DNA from: Thermoproteota archaeon
Lineage (GTDB): Archaea > Korarchaeota > Korarchaeia > Korarchaeales > Korarchaeaceae
NCBI GenBank assembly: GCA_027492205.1
Contig: JAOZFN010000011.1
Coordinates: forward strand, 64,001-128,000
Reading direction: 5' to 3'
DNA: 64,000 nt
This document shows, one piece after another, positions 9,816 through 19,583 of the stretch. A model generated the notes under the pieces. It was not told the DNA's origin, did not search any database, and saw only the letters and a program-made list of their open reading frames with translations. Positions within the stretch are counted from its first letter, which is position 1, and every line of letters begins with the position of its first letter. A program made the position numbers and the translations under genes.

Positions 9816-11451
9816 ATGAGTCGTTATGCGCTTCCTGCGCTGATCCTCTGCCTGTTCGCGCCAGCCTCCCCCCTTCCACACGGCCTCTCCAGTCGGGGCC
9901 GCGCAGACCCCACAGGCAGTGCCGCCCGAGCTGGACTTCGGCTCCGTCCACGTTGGCGCCGTGGTGGAGGGGAGCTTCAGGGTGACCGACGCGAACATGG
10001 TGAGGATCAGCTCGGCCCCGAGCTGGATCGAGATCGTCTACTCCAACCCGGAGAGCCGCAACCCGAGCGGATCCGGGCTCGTGGGGGTTAGGGTGGACAC
10101 GTCGACCCCGGGAGACCTGGGGGGCGCCATAGTTGTGGAGACGGATGCCGGCGACCTGACGGTCCCGGTATCCGCAAGGGTCCTGGACTCCACCCCCAGG
10201 CTCGACGTCTTGGTATACTCCTCGCCCTTCTCTGAAGGGTCGACGACGAACCCAAACGCATTCTCGACGCTTCAGAGATTCGTGGAAGAAGCGGAGGTCA
10301 ACGTGAGCTACGTCCTCCGCGAAGACTGGAATCGGGTGTCAGACAGCCTAGAGTCCTTCGACGTAATCATCCTCGACGAGAGGGGCCTGTTCTCGATGAG
10401 TCAATCCCGCATCAAGTCCTACGTCAGGTCTGGAGGGTACCTGGTGGTCTTCGCCTCCTACTTCTTCAGGGGTTCGGTGGACGAGGCGAATCAACTGGCG
10501 GGCGAGTTCGGATTGACGTTCAAGGACGAGGAGGAGACTGGGTGGGTCAGCGCGGACAGGCTGGCGGATCACTGGCTCATGGAAGGCGTTTCCACCGTGA
10601 GGCTGCTCCGACCAACCCCGGTATAGGCCTCGTCACCGAACTCCCTGGTGATCGCGGGCATTCCGGGCAGGCCGGGGGACGTGGGGATGGTCGCCTTCTC
10701 CGAGGTGAATGGAGGTGGGATACTGGCCGTGGGGTCTCCCCTCTGGTGGGCCTTCTTCCTGCAGGGCGACCCCGACGGAAACGATCGACTGCTCCTGAAC
10801 CTCTTCGATCGGGCGGCATCCGGAGGGCGCCCCGAGGAAGCCACCGGGGAGACAGGGCTCAACGTGACCCTCTCGCCCAAAGCGCTGGAGATCTCGCCGG
10901 GGGACTCGGCCGATCTGAACCTCACCCTTCAGTCCCTCGGGGGATTTGAGGCCGACTTGCTGGTGGGGTGGACGGTCACCCCACCCACCGCGCACATGGC
11001 CGTGGAACCCCCGTCCGGGCCCGTGCACGTATCCTCTGGGGAGGTCAAGACGGAGCCCGTGACCGTCCGCGTCGACCAGGGGATCGAACCCGGCAACTAC
11101 ACGGTGAGCCTGACCTGCGTCGCCGGCGGCGAGAGGTTCACGGTGAACGCCACCGTGTCCGTTCAGCCTCCGCCACCCACCGAGACCGCCCCTCCCACGG
11201 AGGCTCCGCCAGCCGAGACCGAGACCCAGCCTCCCACGACCCAGCCCCCCACGACCTCGCCCCCACAGACCGAGGGGCCGTCGACGACCGCGCCTCCACC
11301 CGCCGGGACGGGAGGAGGACTCTCCTCCCCTGTGGCCATTGCCGTCGGCGCCGTCCTCGGAGGAGCCGCCGTCGCTCTGGCCGCGTGGATTCAGGCCGGC
11401 CGACGAGCGAGGCCTGGGGGCGGGGGTGTCGGCGAGGAGGGCACAAACTGA
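9816..11451 (+). pseudogene. Disrupted surface protein (signal peptide, Ig-like and GATase-like/DUF4350-like domains, Pro/Thr linker, C-terminal TM anchor)
   Basis: The signal-peptide frame from 9816 joins the 9919 frame by a shift near the C6 run at 9868-9873. ORFs 9919..10626 and 10648..11451 share a frame and are separated only by TAG 10624-10626. Confidence 0.7.
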
Positions 11452-11656
11452 ACGCGGATCCGTGCAAGAGACCCTCGCGGGGCCACTTGGCCCCGCCCCG
11501 ATTTTTTAACCCAGGTTCCGCGCGGTCGTCGCGAAAGAGGGATTTCACGACGAACCTAGGAAGAGTAAGTTCGCGACATATCACATTTGTAGGCCAAGGT
11601 AAAACTTATATTCCCAATAGGCCTTTCCCCTGTCAAGAGTGTCCTGTAGATCCGCT

Positions 11657-13213
11657 ATGAAGACAGTTTGTAAGAAGATAGTGGATAATGTGAAATCTGC
11701 GATGGGCGAGTTCTCGGATTGTTCTAAAGAGTACTTCAGGAAAAATCTTTTCCTAAAATCCCTGATACCTCCACTAATCATCTCTTACACATTGATATTA
11801 CCTACTGTGGCGTTTACATACCAGTTGTTTAAGTCGTCAGCACCAGACTACCTAGCAAAGGCAGGGAATCTTACATTCAAGGAAATCATGACGGAATATC
11901 CACTCAGCAATCCATTCGAATATGCTAGGGTAGTATTGGTGGGCTACCTAATCTACACGATTCTCTTCGCGGTTGTTTGCTGGTATGCCCAGCACAAGTA
12001 CAAAGATAGCTATATAGAGAAAGTACTTAATGCTCTAAAGCGCGAGAAAGGCAAAAGGAATTTCCGGGACTTTCTTCTAATAGCAGGACATGGGCTCTCA
12101 GAATCAACTCACGTGAGTTTCCTCGACGCGCTTGGAACAGTGCTTAAGATTTACTTCCGCCATGTGATTGCGATAGTAGGGTCTTTTGGTCTTCTTATTC
12201 TAGTTACTAAATCACTCTTGGAAAGGATAAACCAGTTTAATTTGGTTGAATATTCCGCGATGTTAATTGTAACATCAGGAATTTCTATCTACAGTTTTGC
12301 ACTTCTATTCATAATAAGGGAGGTAAGATACTTGTCAATAAGAGTAAGAAAAACAGCACATCATTTAGTCGGAATTATCATGGTCTCGGCTATAATAGTG
12401 CTATTGTCTGTAAAAATAGCGAAATTTATTTATCTATTAGTGCCGAAGCTATCTATTGTTTTGGCTGACGTATCATCAGAAATGATGAAAAACCCGAGCA
12501 ACAGCGATACAATCCTTCCGTTTGCTATATTCCTATCTATCCTAGTGGCTTCTATTTGGCCAATTTTTGTGATGTTTTTTACTCAAATCGTAATGGGATT
12601 ATGCTATAGCTGGTTAGCCAAATCAGTGATTCTCTTTATTCTTCGTGTCAATAGTCTAAAAAGAATAATAGTTTACATAGTGAGTCCTGTTAAATCATAC
12701 AAAGTTTTAGAGAGTCTGCTCAGAGAGGTATGGGAGCAGAGTTATCTAGGCCGACTGATCCAAGCTGCCGTAATAATTACAACATTTCTCATAACTGCCG
12801 CTTTCCTGGAATTCCTTCTGGGAATAAATCTCGAAAAAACGACTATGTTATACAACATTCTAATGTTGGCGCTCTTGGTACTTCTTGTACAGGTTGTAGG
12901 AGGGGCAATGAATCCTGACTTTGTGTTCATCGTTATCGGTCTGAGCGATTCGAAGATCTTTCAGGGAATTGTATCCGACATTTTAACTTTATCTACATTG
13001 ATCTCATTCATATGGCCCATTATAGGCCTAACATTTGAGATACACTATTACGCTTCAGAACTATTACCCTTTATGTGGTCAGCCCTTATTTTGCTTCTGA
13101 TAATACCGCTAGTAATGCTGTCAATACTTACACGGGCAACACTTGAGTGTCATGTATCTTCGCCAGAGTTCCCTTGTGCTACAGACTCCGATCTCTCAGC
13201 TAACTCTGAGTGA
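11657..13213 (+). CDS. AT-rich multi-pass membrane protein of unknown function, probably horizontally acquired
   Basis: Open frame of about 518 aa with about 10-12 hydrophobic segments; composition far more AT-rich than the flanks. Confidence 0.75.
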   Translation: MKTVCKKIVDNVKSAMGEFSDCSKEYFRKNLFLKSLIPPLIISYTLILPTVAFTYQLFKSSAPDYLAKAGNLTFKEIMTEYPLSNPFEYARVVLVGYLIYTILFAVVCWYAQHKYKDSYIEKVLNALKREKGKRNFRDFLLIAGHGLSESTHVSFLDALGTVLKIYFRHVIAIVGSFGLLILVTKSLLERINQFNLVEYSAMLIVTSGISIYSFALLFIIREVRYLSIRVRKTAHHLVGIIMVSAIIVLLSVKIAKFIYLLVPKLSIVLADVSSEMMKNPSNSDTILPFAIFLSILVASIWPIFVMFFTQIVMGLCYSWLAKSVILFILRVNSLKRIIVYIVSPVKSYKVLESLLREVWEQSYLGRLIQAAVIITTFLITAAFLEFLLGINLEKTTMLYNILMLALLVLLVQVVGGAMNPDFVFIVIGLSDSKIFQGIVSDILTLSTLISFIWPIIGLTFEIHYYASELLPFMWSALILLLIIPLVMLSILTRATLECHVSSPEFPCATDSDLSANSE

Positions 13214-13323
13214 ACCTAACATAAGGCAAATGTGCTTAATTGGTGCGGTTAAGATCGACCCATGAGTTTTTTCACTTAGGTCGGAATTTCCGAGGGCCTA
13301 GGGAGACTTGAGGGGCTTCCAGG

Positions 13324-13989
13324 ATGACCGTGAGGGATGTTTGGTCCATTCTGGACTTTAAGGGCTTGAAAGTCGTTGACTTTGGCGCCGGCGAATCCAC
13401 CAGGCGCCTCCTCCAGATGGGCGCAAACGTCATCGCGGTCGACCGGGATCTAGAGAGGCTCAAAGAGTTCGCCGACGCTGGCGTTCCGGTCGTGGCCTGC
13501 GACTTCGTAGACTTCCCATTCAGGTGCAGGTTCGCCGACCTGGCGCTGTTCCATTTCACCTTGCACGAGGTTGATCCCTCGAGGCACCGCGACGTCGTCG
13601 CGATGGCCCGCCAGATAGCCCCAAGGATCCTGATCATCGAGCCCTCTCCCGAGGGCTGCCCGGCCTTCCGCAGGTTCTCAGAGCTCTGGCGCGAGGCCAT
13701 GGAGAGCGTAGGTCAGTTCGAGGAGTACAGGCCCCTGGAGTACTGGAGGGGCCTGGTGGAGTCCTGCGGCCTCGAGGTCGAGCTCGCCGAGAGGGTGAGC
13801 CAAGACTCTCCAGTCCCCAGAGAGGAGGTGGAGAGGCTGGCCAGGGAGACGGTAGACCTCTGGAGGAGGCTGGGCGTCTCCGAGAGGATCGTCAAGGAGA
13901 TGCTCGAGTTCCCGGATTACGTCCAGAGGGTTGGCGGGATGAGGTGGTCCGACCTGCTGGTCGTTCTCGGACTTGACAGAGAAGTCTAG
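13324..13989 (+). CDS. Class I SAM-dependent methyltransferase
   Basis: VVDFGAG motif I, AVDRD and HFTLHE. Confidence 0.85.
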   Translation: MTVRDVWSILDFKGLKVVDFGAGESTRRLLQMGANVIAVDRDLERLKEFADAGVPVVACDFVDFPFRCRFADLALFHFTLHEVDPSRHRDVVAMARQIAPRILIIEPSPEGCPAFRRFSELWREAMESVGQFEEYRPLEYWRGLVESCGLEVELAERVSQDSPVPREEVERLARETVDLWRRLGVSERIVKEMLEFPDYVQRVGGMRWSDLLVVLGLDREV

Positions 13990-14099
13990 TGCCCTCCTGT
14001 CGCTGCCGTGCTCTCTACCTCGTCAGGGCGAGATTCTCTGCGACCACTAACGGTCTCTCGCGCGCGAACCTTATTTTATCACATTGAGACAAAATCACA

Positions 14100-14336
14100 A
14101 TGTATAAGACTGTCAGGGTGAGGGAGGACACCTACAAGAGGCTCAACGAGCTGGCGGCCAGGCTTAGGGAGAAGCTGGGGAGGCCCGTGAGCATGGACGA
14201 GGTCATCAGGAGGCTCCTGAAGTCTAAGAGGCCCAGTGAGCTGGCCGGCGCCTGGGAGATGTCCGAGGAAGAGGAGGAGGAGATAAGGGAGGCCATCGGG
14301 AGGATGAGGGCGAAGTGGAGGCCTCGTACTGCCTAG
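14100..14336 (+). CDS. vapB: VapB-type antitoxin
   Basis: KTVRVREDTYKRL...SMDEVIRRLL...LAGAW; overlaps the PIN gene. Confidence 0.85.
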   Translation: MYKTVRVREDTYKRLNELAARLREKLGRPVSMDEVIRRLLKSKRPSELAGAWEMSEEEEEEIREAIGRMRAKWRPRTA

Positions 14337-14812
14337 ACACGGACGTGCTGGTCGACCTCCTCAGGGGCAGGGAGCCGTCGGTAAGCGCCGTCAGGGCCCT
14401 CGAGCACTCGCTGGCCGAGATTGCGACCACGGCGATAACTGCCTTCGAGCTATACTACGGGGCCCTGAAGTCCTCCAGGGTTCAGGAGAACATGGCTGCG
14501 GTCCGGGAGCTGCTCGACAGGCTGGAGGTAATCGACCTAGATGAGGGCGTCGCCGAGCTTGCTGCCCGACACCTGGCGAGGTTGGAGTCCAGGGGTCAGC
14601 CCATAGAGCTGGCGGACCTCTTCATCGGGTGCGCCGCCCTCAGCAGGGGGATGGCGCTGGTCACCCGGAACGTCGATCACTTCAGGAGGATAGAGGGGCT
14701 CAGGGTTGCGACGCCGGAGGAAATCCTTAAGCAGCCCTCCGACTCCAGACGGGATCGTCAAACCAGCGCCTCACCATCCCGTGCCAAAGGATCTCCCCGA
14801 GGCCAGAGGTAA
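14315..14812 (+). CDS. vapC: VapC PIN-domain toxin (C-terminal about 25 aa probably run-on)
   Basis: LDTDVLVD, FELYYG, DLFIG and TRNVDHF motifs. Confidence 0.9.
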   Translation: MEASYCLDTDVLVDLLRGREPSVSAVRALEHSLAEIATTAITAFELYYGALKSSRVQENMAAVRELLDRLEVIDLDEGVAELAARHLARLESRGQPIELADLFIGCAALSRGMALVTRNVDHFRRIEGLRVATPEEILKQPSDSRRDRQTSASPSRAKGSPRGQR

Positions 14813-15183
14813 TCTTGAGCCGAGGCTCCGCCTCCGCTACCCCGGGCGGGGCCCCTCTACGCGCGACCTTTCCGCCGACCCGCCTCTGCCGCCACGGCCG
14901 GACCCGATCTCCGCCCGGGAGTTCGGGGGAACTAGCGTCCCTGAACTCCTCAATCCCCGGGGCGGCGGAGGTCGAGCCCGTGTCCCCCTGCCCCCCGGCC
15001 GCCACGCCCTGACCGTCTTGGCCGTCCTGGGCGGCGTCGAGCTGGCCGCCACGGCCATGTGGGTCGAGATCGAGGCGCCTCGCTCGACCGCCCGATTCTC
15101 ACGAACTCGCGCTAAGGGACGCGGGGAGCGACCGGGCCGCGCGAGGTCGGGTAGTCGACCACCATGGCGCGGCCTAGGAAGGG

Positions 15184-15215
15184 TTTTATATTATGTAAAC
15201 TTACTTAGGTTGACA
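15184..15215 (+). promoter_or_regulatory. TATA box followed directly by an imperfect 22-bp palindromic operator
   Basis: TTTTATAT (15184-15191), then TGTAAACTTACTTAGGTTGACA (15194-15215), 16/22 self-complementary. Confidence 0.65.
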
Positions 15216-15228
15216 GAGGTGGCAAGGG

Positions 15229-16041
15229 GTGAGGGCGTCCGCCCGCTGCCCACCGGCGTGGCCAGCCCCCTGGACTGGCTTGCCCCTGGCGCTGGTCTCC
15301 GCGGCAATGTGCTCGACCAGCGCGGCAATACCGCTGGGCTTTGCGTCCTGGGTCGTCAAGAGAAGCGACGTTGCCCTGACATCCGGCGTCCTGATGGCGG
15401 TGGGAGCGACCCTTCTCCTGGTCGCAGGTGGGAAGGAGGCTAAGGTCTCAGGTCAGTCGCTGATCTTGAGCTACGGCCTGCTCAGGAGGGTCGTCAGGCT
15501 CCCCGACATTGTCGAGCTGGCAGACGTGGGGGAGCTGTCAGGGTTCGTCCTCGCGCGGAGACTGCCGGGTCTGGCGCTATCCACAGCCGTATCGACTCTG
15601 TCTGGCTGGGCACCCCTGTGGTGGTCGCTGGCGCAGGTGTGGGCCTCTCCCCTCGTCCCGCTGGCCTCCTTGGCCGGGGCGCTCTCGCTGCAGTACGCAA
15701 TGCTGATCACCCTGATCTCTCCAGGCGGGGGCAGGAGGCTCGGCTTCGGACACGCTCTGGGCATTTCGGCGGGGCTAATTGCCTTGCTCGCATCCGCTGA
15801 TGCGCCAGCTGGCGTGGACAAGGTTCTGGCGGCACTCGGATGCGCCGGGCTGCTCTTCTCGGCGGCCTTTGCAATCACCCCAAGGAGGATGAGGGACCTC
15901 CTGATGATCAGGCTGGCCGACGGGGGCACGTACGTCATAGTAGCGGGGGGAGACTCGACTGATTACCTCAGAGACGCGATCGCAAGGGGAGCCGCTGGCG
16001 CGCCTGCCGCCGCGGAGCGTGGGGGGAGCGAGGATGGTTGA
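15229..16041 (+). CDS. Membrane protein, paralog 1 (PH-like domain interrupted by TM helices)
   Basis: About 6 TM segments; shares ELxDV, RRxPGL, STL, TLISPG and RL..DG..YV..LRxA blocks with the next gene. Confidence 0.65.
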   Translation: MRASARCPPAWPAPWTGLPLALVSAAMCSTSAAIPLGFASWVVKRSDVALTSGVLMAVGATLLLVAGGKEAKVSGQSLILSYGLLRRVVRLPDIVELADVGELSGFVLARRLPGLALSTAVSTLSGWAPLWWSLAQVWASPLVPLASLAGALSLQYAMLITLISPGGGRRLGFGHALGISAGLIALLASADAPAGVDKVLAALGCAGLLFSAAFAITPRRMRDLLMIRLADGGTYVIVAGGDSTDYLRDAIARGAAGAPAAAERGGSEDG

Positions 16042-16870
16042 GACGCACGGAGCCTGCGGGAGCGGCCTGACCTCTCCGCCCTGGACGGGTTACAGGTCTG
16101 CGCTGATGGCCGCGGGGGGTGCGGCCCTCTCCGGCGGCGTCGTCTACTCCCTCATGGCCGCCCTTCTTGGCTCGCCGCCTGCGACGTTCATCTCCGCCCT
16201 GGCCCTCTCGCTGACGGTGGGCGCGGCGCTCGCCTACCTCGGGTGGGCTCCCGCAGACCTCGAGCCCCCCGGTCTCCTCGTGGTGAGGAGGAGGCTGCTC
16301 CCGCCTGGGAGGTACGACCTCTCCGAACTCGTGGAGTTCGTTGACGTGACCTCGGTCGAGTGGTACCTGGCGCTCCGGAGGATTCCCGGCCTTCTCGCAG
16401 CAGTCCTCTCCACCCTCGCCGCCGCGGCAGCCGCCTTCGCCTGGGGATACCTGAGGTCGCTTCCACCCGCGGCGGCCGTCCCGGCGGCCGCGCTCTCCGC
16501 GTTGTGCTTCTCGTCCGTCGAGTTCTCGACCTTGATCTCGCCTGGCCTCGGTCTGAGACGTGGGCAGAGCGATCGGCTGATTGGCGCGGCTTGCCTGCTC
16601 CTGCTCCTGGGGGGCATTGCGGTGCTCGCCTGGAGCCTGTGGGGCGGGACCACCCTGGAGAAGATGACCGCAGCGGGGCCGATGGCGGGCATAGGCGTGG
16701 CGGGCACTCTCAAGGGCCTCCTCGGAGTTTCCAGACCAGGGTACAGGTCTGTGTTTAGGCTGGGGTTCCAGGACGGCCGGTTGGTCTACGTGATGGCCCT
16801 CACCGAAAAGGACGCCGCTAATCTCAGAGAGGCCTTGATGGAGGCCGTGGCGCATGCCAAGGCTGCCTGA
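16034..16870 (+). CDS. Membrane protein, paralog 2
   Basis: Same motif blocks as paralog 1; overlaps both neighbouring genes. Confidence 0.65.
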   Translation: MVETHGACGSGLTSPPWTGYRSALMAAGGAALSGGVVYSLMAALLGSPPATFISALALSLTVGAALAYLGWAPADLEPPGLLVVRRRLLPPGRYDLSELVEFVDVTSVEWYLALRRIPGLLAAVLSTLAAAAAAFAWGYLRSLPPAAAVPAAALSALCFSSVEFSTLISPGLGLRRGQSDRLIGAACLLLLLGGIAVLAWSLWGGTTLEKMTAAGPMAGIGVAGTLKGLLGVSRPGYRSVFRLGFQDGRLVYVMALTEKDAANLREALMEAVAHAKAA

Positions 16871-17288
16871 GAGGATGGAGCAGGCCTGGCTCCTTACGGC
16901 CAGGGGGCTCAGCGAGGCCGACGCCGCCAGGGAGCTGGGGACCTCGAGGCAGGCCGTGAACAAGGCCGTCAGGGACGCCAGGGCGAGGCTGGCGGCCTGG
17001 TTCGTCGAGATGGCCGAGTCCCTGAACGCCGACCTGATCAGGATGGATGCGGTGAGCGGATTCGCCGTGATGAGGAGCAGGCAGCTGGCGCTCAGGATCT
17101 ACGCGATCTACGTTCCTGGGAGGGGCCTCAGGGCGATCTTCGGGATGGAGCCCCTCTGCCCGGGGAGAGACGGCCGGAGGCACTGCAGGGAGGTGGTCGA
17201 GGCCGCCCGGGCGCTGGGTCTAATCGAGGGCCTGGGGGAGGGCCTTGAAGATGCGGTGAGGGCCCTGATCAGGGTCATGGAGAGCTAG
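16854..17288 (+). CDS. HTH transcriptional regulator (sigma70 region 4-like) with C-terminal Cys/His motif
   Basis: GLSEADAARELGTSRQAVNKAVR; CPGRDGRRHC. Confidence 0.75.
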   Translation: MPRLPERMEQAWLLTARGLSEADAARELGTSRQAVNKAVRDARARLAAWFVEMAESLNADLIRMDAVSGFAVMRSRQLALRIYAIYVPGRGLRAIFGMEPLCPGRDGRRHCREVVEAARALGLIEGLGEGLEDAVRALIRVMES

Positions 17289-17316
17289 CCCCGACCGGAT
17301 CGCGGCTGGGCGTGGG

Positions 17317-17721
17317 CTAGGGCTCCACCCTCTCTATGCCCCTTATCCTATCAAAGTCCTCGTCGTAGCTCGCTACGATCCTAATCCCGCTCTCCAGGGC
17401 TGACGCCGCATGCAGCGAGCCTCTGGGCTTGAGCCCGTACTCCTCCATGATCATCCTCGCCCTCAAGACCGTGGACTCCGTCACGGAGAGGAACCTGAGG
17501 TGGGGGAAATTGAGCAGGAGAGCGCCCTGCCTTACGGAGGCCTCGACGCCAGCCAGCTTCCTCACGACCCAGACTACCTCGTCCCACGTGAGGAGCGAGG
17601 TGCTAGCTTCCACCTCGCCCGAAGCTATCTTCAGCAGGAGGTCCCTCGACCTCTTAGCCCGCTCATCTCCTGGGTCGTAGATCGCGGGGTAGATGAACAC
17701 GTTGGAGTCAACGTAGAGCAA
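17317..17721 (-). CDS. vapC: VapC PIN toxin, possibly inactive (conserved Asp replaced by Gly at residue 101)
   Basis: YVDSNVF, WDEVVW and SYDEDFD motifs; KPRGSLHAA where PRDxLHAA is typical. Confidence 0.85.
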   Translation of the reverse strand: MLYVDSNVFIYPAIYDPGDERAKRSRDLLLKIASGEVEASTSLLTWDEVVWVVRKLAGVEASVRQGALLLNFPHLRFLSVTESTVLRARMIMEEYGLKPRGSLHAASALESGIRIVASYDEDFDRIRGIERVEP

Positions 17722-17962
17722 CCCTCTCCTCCACCTCCTCCTCCAAGATCCTCTCCAGATTCACCTCTCCAGTTAGCTTCTCCTTCACCTGCGAGCAGAA
17801 CTCGTTGACGAAGTCAGCCGGATCCATGCTGGGTCTGATTATGAGCCTGTCCTCCTGGACCTCCAGAAGGACCTCGGTTCCGGGCTCCATCCCAAGGAAC
17901 TCCCTGATTATCTTGGGAGTGACTATCTGCCCCTTCGGGCCCACCCTCCTCCTCACTATCAT
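17708..17962 (-). CDS. AbrB/MazE-family antitoxin
   Basis: VGPKGQIVTPKIIREFLGMEPG; overlaps vapC. Confidence 0.88.
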   Translation of the reverse strand: MIVRRRVGPKGQIVTPKIIREFLGMEPGTEVLLEVQEDRLIIRPSMDPADFVNEFCSQVKEKLTGEVNLERILEEEVEERVALR

Positions 17963-18104
17963 TCCGATCGCTCCGGGCTACATTTTCTCAAAATGCAATT
18001 CAACTTTTTCCTACTCTAGATTCCAACTCAATGGCTCCCACGGGGCCGCTAGGAGACGGTCCTAGAACCGCTTCGCGCACGGAGCAGAAGCTCTGCTGGT
18101 GGAA

Positions 18105-18290
18105 ATGGTCATCCTGTCTAGAGGGTTAATGAACGGGCTGCGCGCAGAGCTCGGCTAGGCAGAAGACGTGCAGATACCGGAGGAGAGCGATGACCTCGCC
18201 ATGAAGATCACGGAGCCAACGTTAACGGACTCTCTGCATGGGGTCATGAAGGTGAAGCGCCGCTGGTGCTCTGCCCCCACATAGCCACCG
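18105..18290 (+). pseudogene. Degenerate AbrB/MazE antitoxin relic
   Basis: Reads MVILSRGLMNGLRAELG*AEDVQIPEESDDLAMKITEPTLTDSLHGVMKVK with an in-frame TAG at 18156-18158. Confidence 0.4.
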
Positions 18291-18420
18291 TTCGGGTAGT
18301 ATATCCGGCCGGGGGGTCAGGCTTACCTCTAGGGAGGTTCCAAGGGAGCACGAGATCGATCTGATCTTCAAAAGAAAAGGCACCAAGTCGTTTTTAGGGG
18401 GGGAATTTACGCCGACGCGA

Positions 18421-19089
18421 TTATCGGCGTAGCGTCCGCCGGGCGCTTGACTGCGGGCGCTCAACGGGGCCGAGGGCGGCGAGCCTCACCAGCAAGCGGC
18501 AGTCGGTCCCCCTGAGCACTTTGCTGACGTTTCCCCTCGTCACCCCAAACTCCCTGGCTATGTCGCTCATCTTCTCGCCGAGCCAGGCGTGATGGTAACA
18601 GTAGGCCAGCTTCCTTTCGGACATGTTGGCCAGGAGGCCGACCGTCAGAGATATCACCCCCGCCAAGTGGACGTCGGAGGGGACGGCAGAGGGGTCCACC
18701 TTGAGGTCTGCTATGGACTCCCTCCCCACACCCCTGATCAACTTTAGATCCTCGAGAGCCTCGCGGGCCCTCCAAAACGCCGGTCCGTCGCACTCGTCTG
18801 CGCTCTCCCCTAGCACGTGAACCTCCCCCGCTCCGACGCCGACTCGAAACATTACGTCTGGGACTGAGACCTTTAGGGCGTGGAGAAAGAACGTCGGCGG
18901 TCGCCACCAGTTCACCAAGAACTCCACGCTGTCTCCCGCCGTAAGAGCCGGTCTGACTAGGCACTCTCGCCTGAACCTAAGGTGGGACTCCCCCAGCAGC
19001 CTCCCTATCTCGCCGTAGAGCCTCACCTTCTTCCGGACCTCCATCTCTCTGGAGCCAGACAGGTCCACCACGACCGCCACCGGCATCAT
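18421..19089 (-). CDS. SatD-family protein (nucleotide-cyclase-like domain plus C-terminal HTH)
   Basis: VDLSGSR, TAGDSV, RVGVGAG, DGPAFWRAREAL, then IAREFGVTRGNVSK. Start moved to ATG 19089, overlapping the upstream stop (ATGA). Confidence 0.8.
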   Translation of the reverse strand: MMPVAVVVDLSGSREMEVRKKVRLYGEIGRLLGESHLRFRRECLVRPALTAGDSVEFLVNWWRPPTFFLHALKVSVPDVMFRVGVGAGEVHVLGESADECDGPAFWRAREALEDLKLIRGVGRESIADLKVDPSAVPSDVHLAGVISLTVGLLANMSERKLAYCYHHAWLGEKMSDIAREFGVTRGNVSKVLRGTDCRLLVRLAALGPVERPQSSARRTLRR

Positions 19090-19559
19090 CTCACCAGCAG
19101 AGACAGGAGCAGCCAGCTCATCACGGTTCCGGCGAGGAGGCTTGAGAAGGTTCCGATGATGTGCCAGTCGGCGCACACCCTCTCTTCCGCTCTGGAGAAC
19201 CGGAAGATGGCCTTTCCGGCCACCAGCAGGCCCAAGACGTTCATCACGTCCTTCAGCGGTATGCCCTCGATCTTGGAAATCAAGAACACAGAGAAGACGA
19301 CGCTCCTCTCGAGGTAGCCGATTATCCTCCCTCCCGCCGGCAGCCCCCCGCATTTCTCCCTTATTCCCTCTCCCCCTAGGACGAGCGAGAGCGCCGAGAT
19401 CGCGGCAGAGGGTAGCATCATTGTCGAGAGCCACGCTAAAAGCAGCCTCACTACGAAGCCCAGGTCTAAGGATGCTTGGTAAGGGACTCTCCCTGCCAGG
19501 ATTATCGCCGGAGCCGCTCCCGCGAGGAGCTCGAGGAGGATACGCCAGCTCGACCGCAT
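19086..19559 (-). CDS. Membrane protein resembling the C-terminal half of DUF3307 (SatD partner) proteins
   Basis: GRIIGYLER, GKAIFRF and WHIIGTFSS motifs; coupled to satD. Confidence 0.75.
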   Translation of the reverse strand: MRSSWRILLELLAGAAPAIILAGRVPYQASLDLGFVVRLLLAWLSTMMLPSAAISALSLVLGGEGIREKCGGLPAGGRIIGYLERSVVFSVFLISKIEGIPLKDVMNVLGLLVAGKAIFRFSRAEERVCADWHIIGTFSSLLAGTVMSWLLLSLLVR

Positions 19560-19583
19560 TGGGATCTCCCCGAGCTGGAGGGC

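Noticed and set aside
10624-10626. Pyrrolysine or amber read-through at the in-frame TAG
   Set aside because: TAG terminates many intact genes here (e.g. 5337, 13989, 17288), no pyl genes are present, and the same gene has a second lesion.
11165-11310. Repetitive CC-rich sequence as a DNA tandem repeat
   Set aside because: It is explained by the Pro/Thr-rich linker coding sequence.
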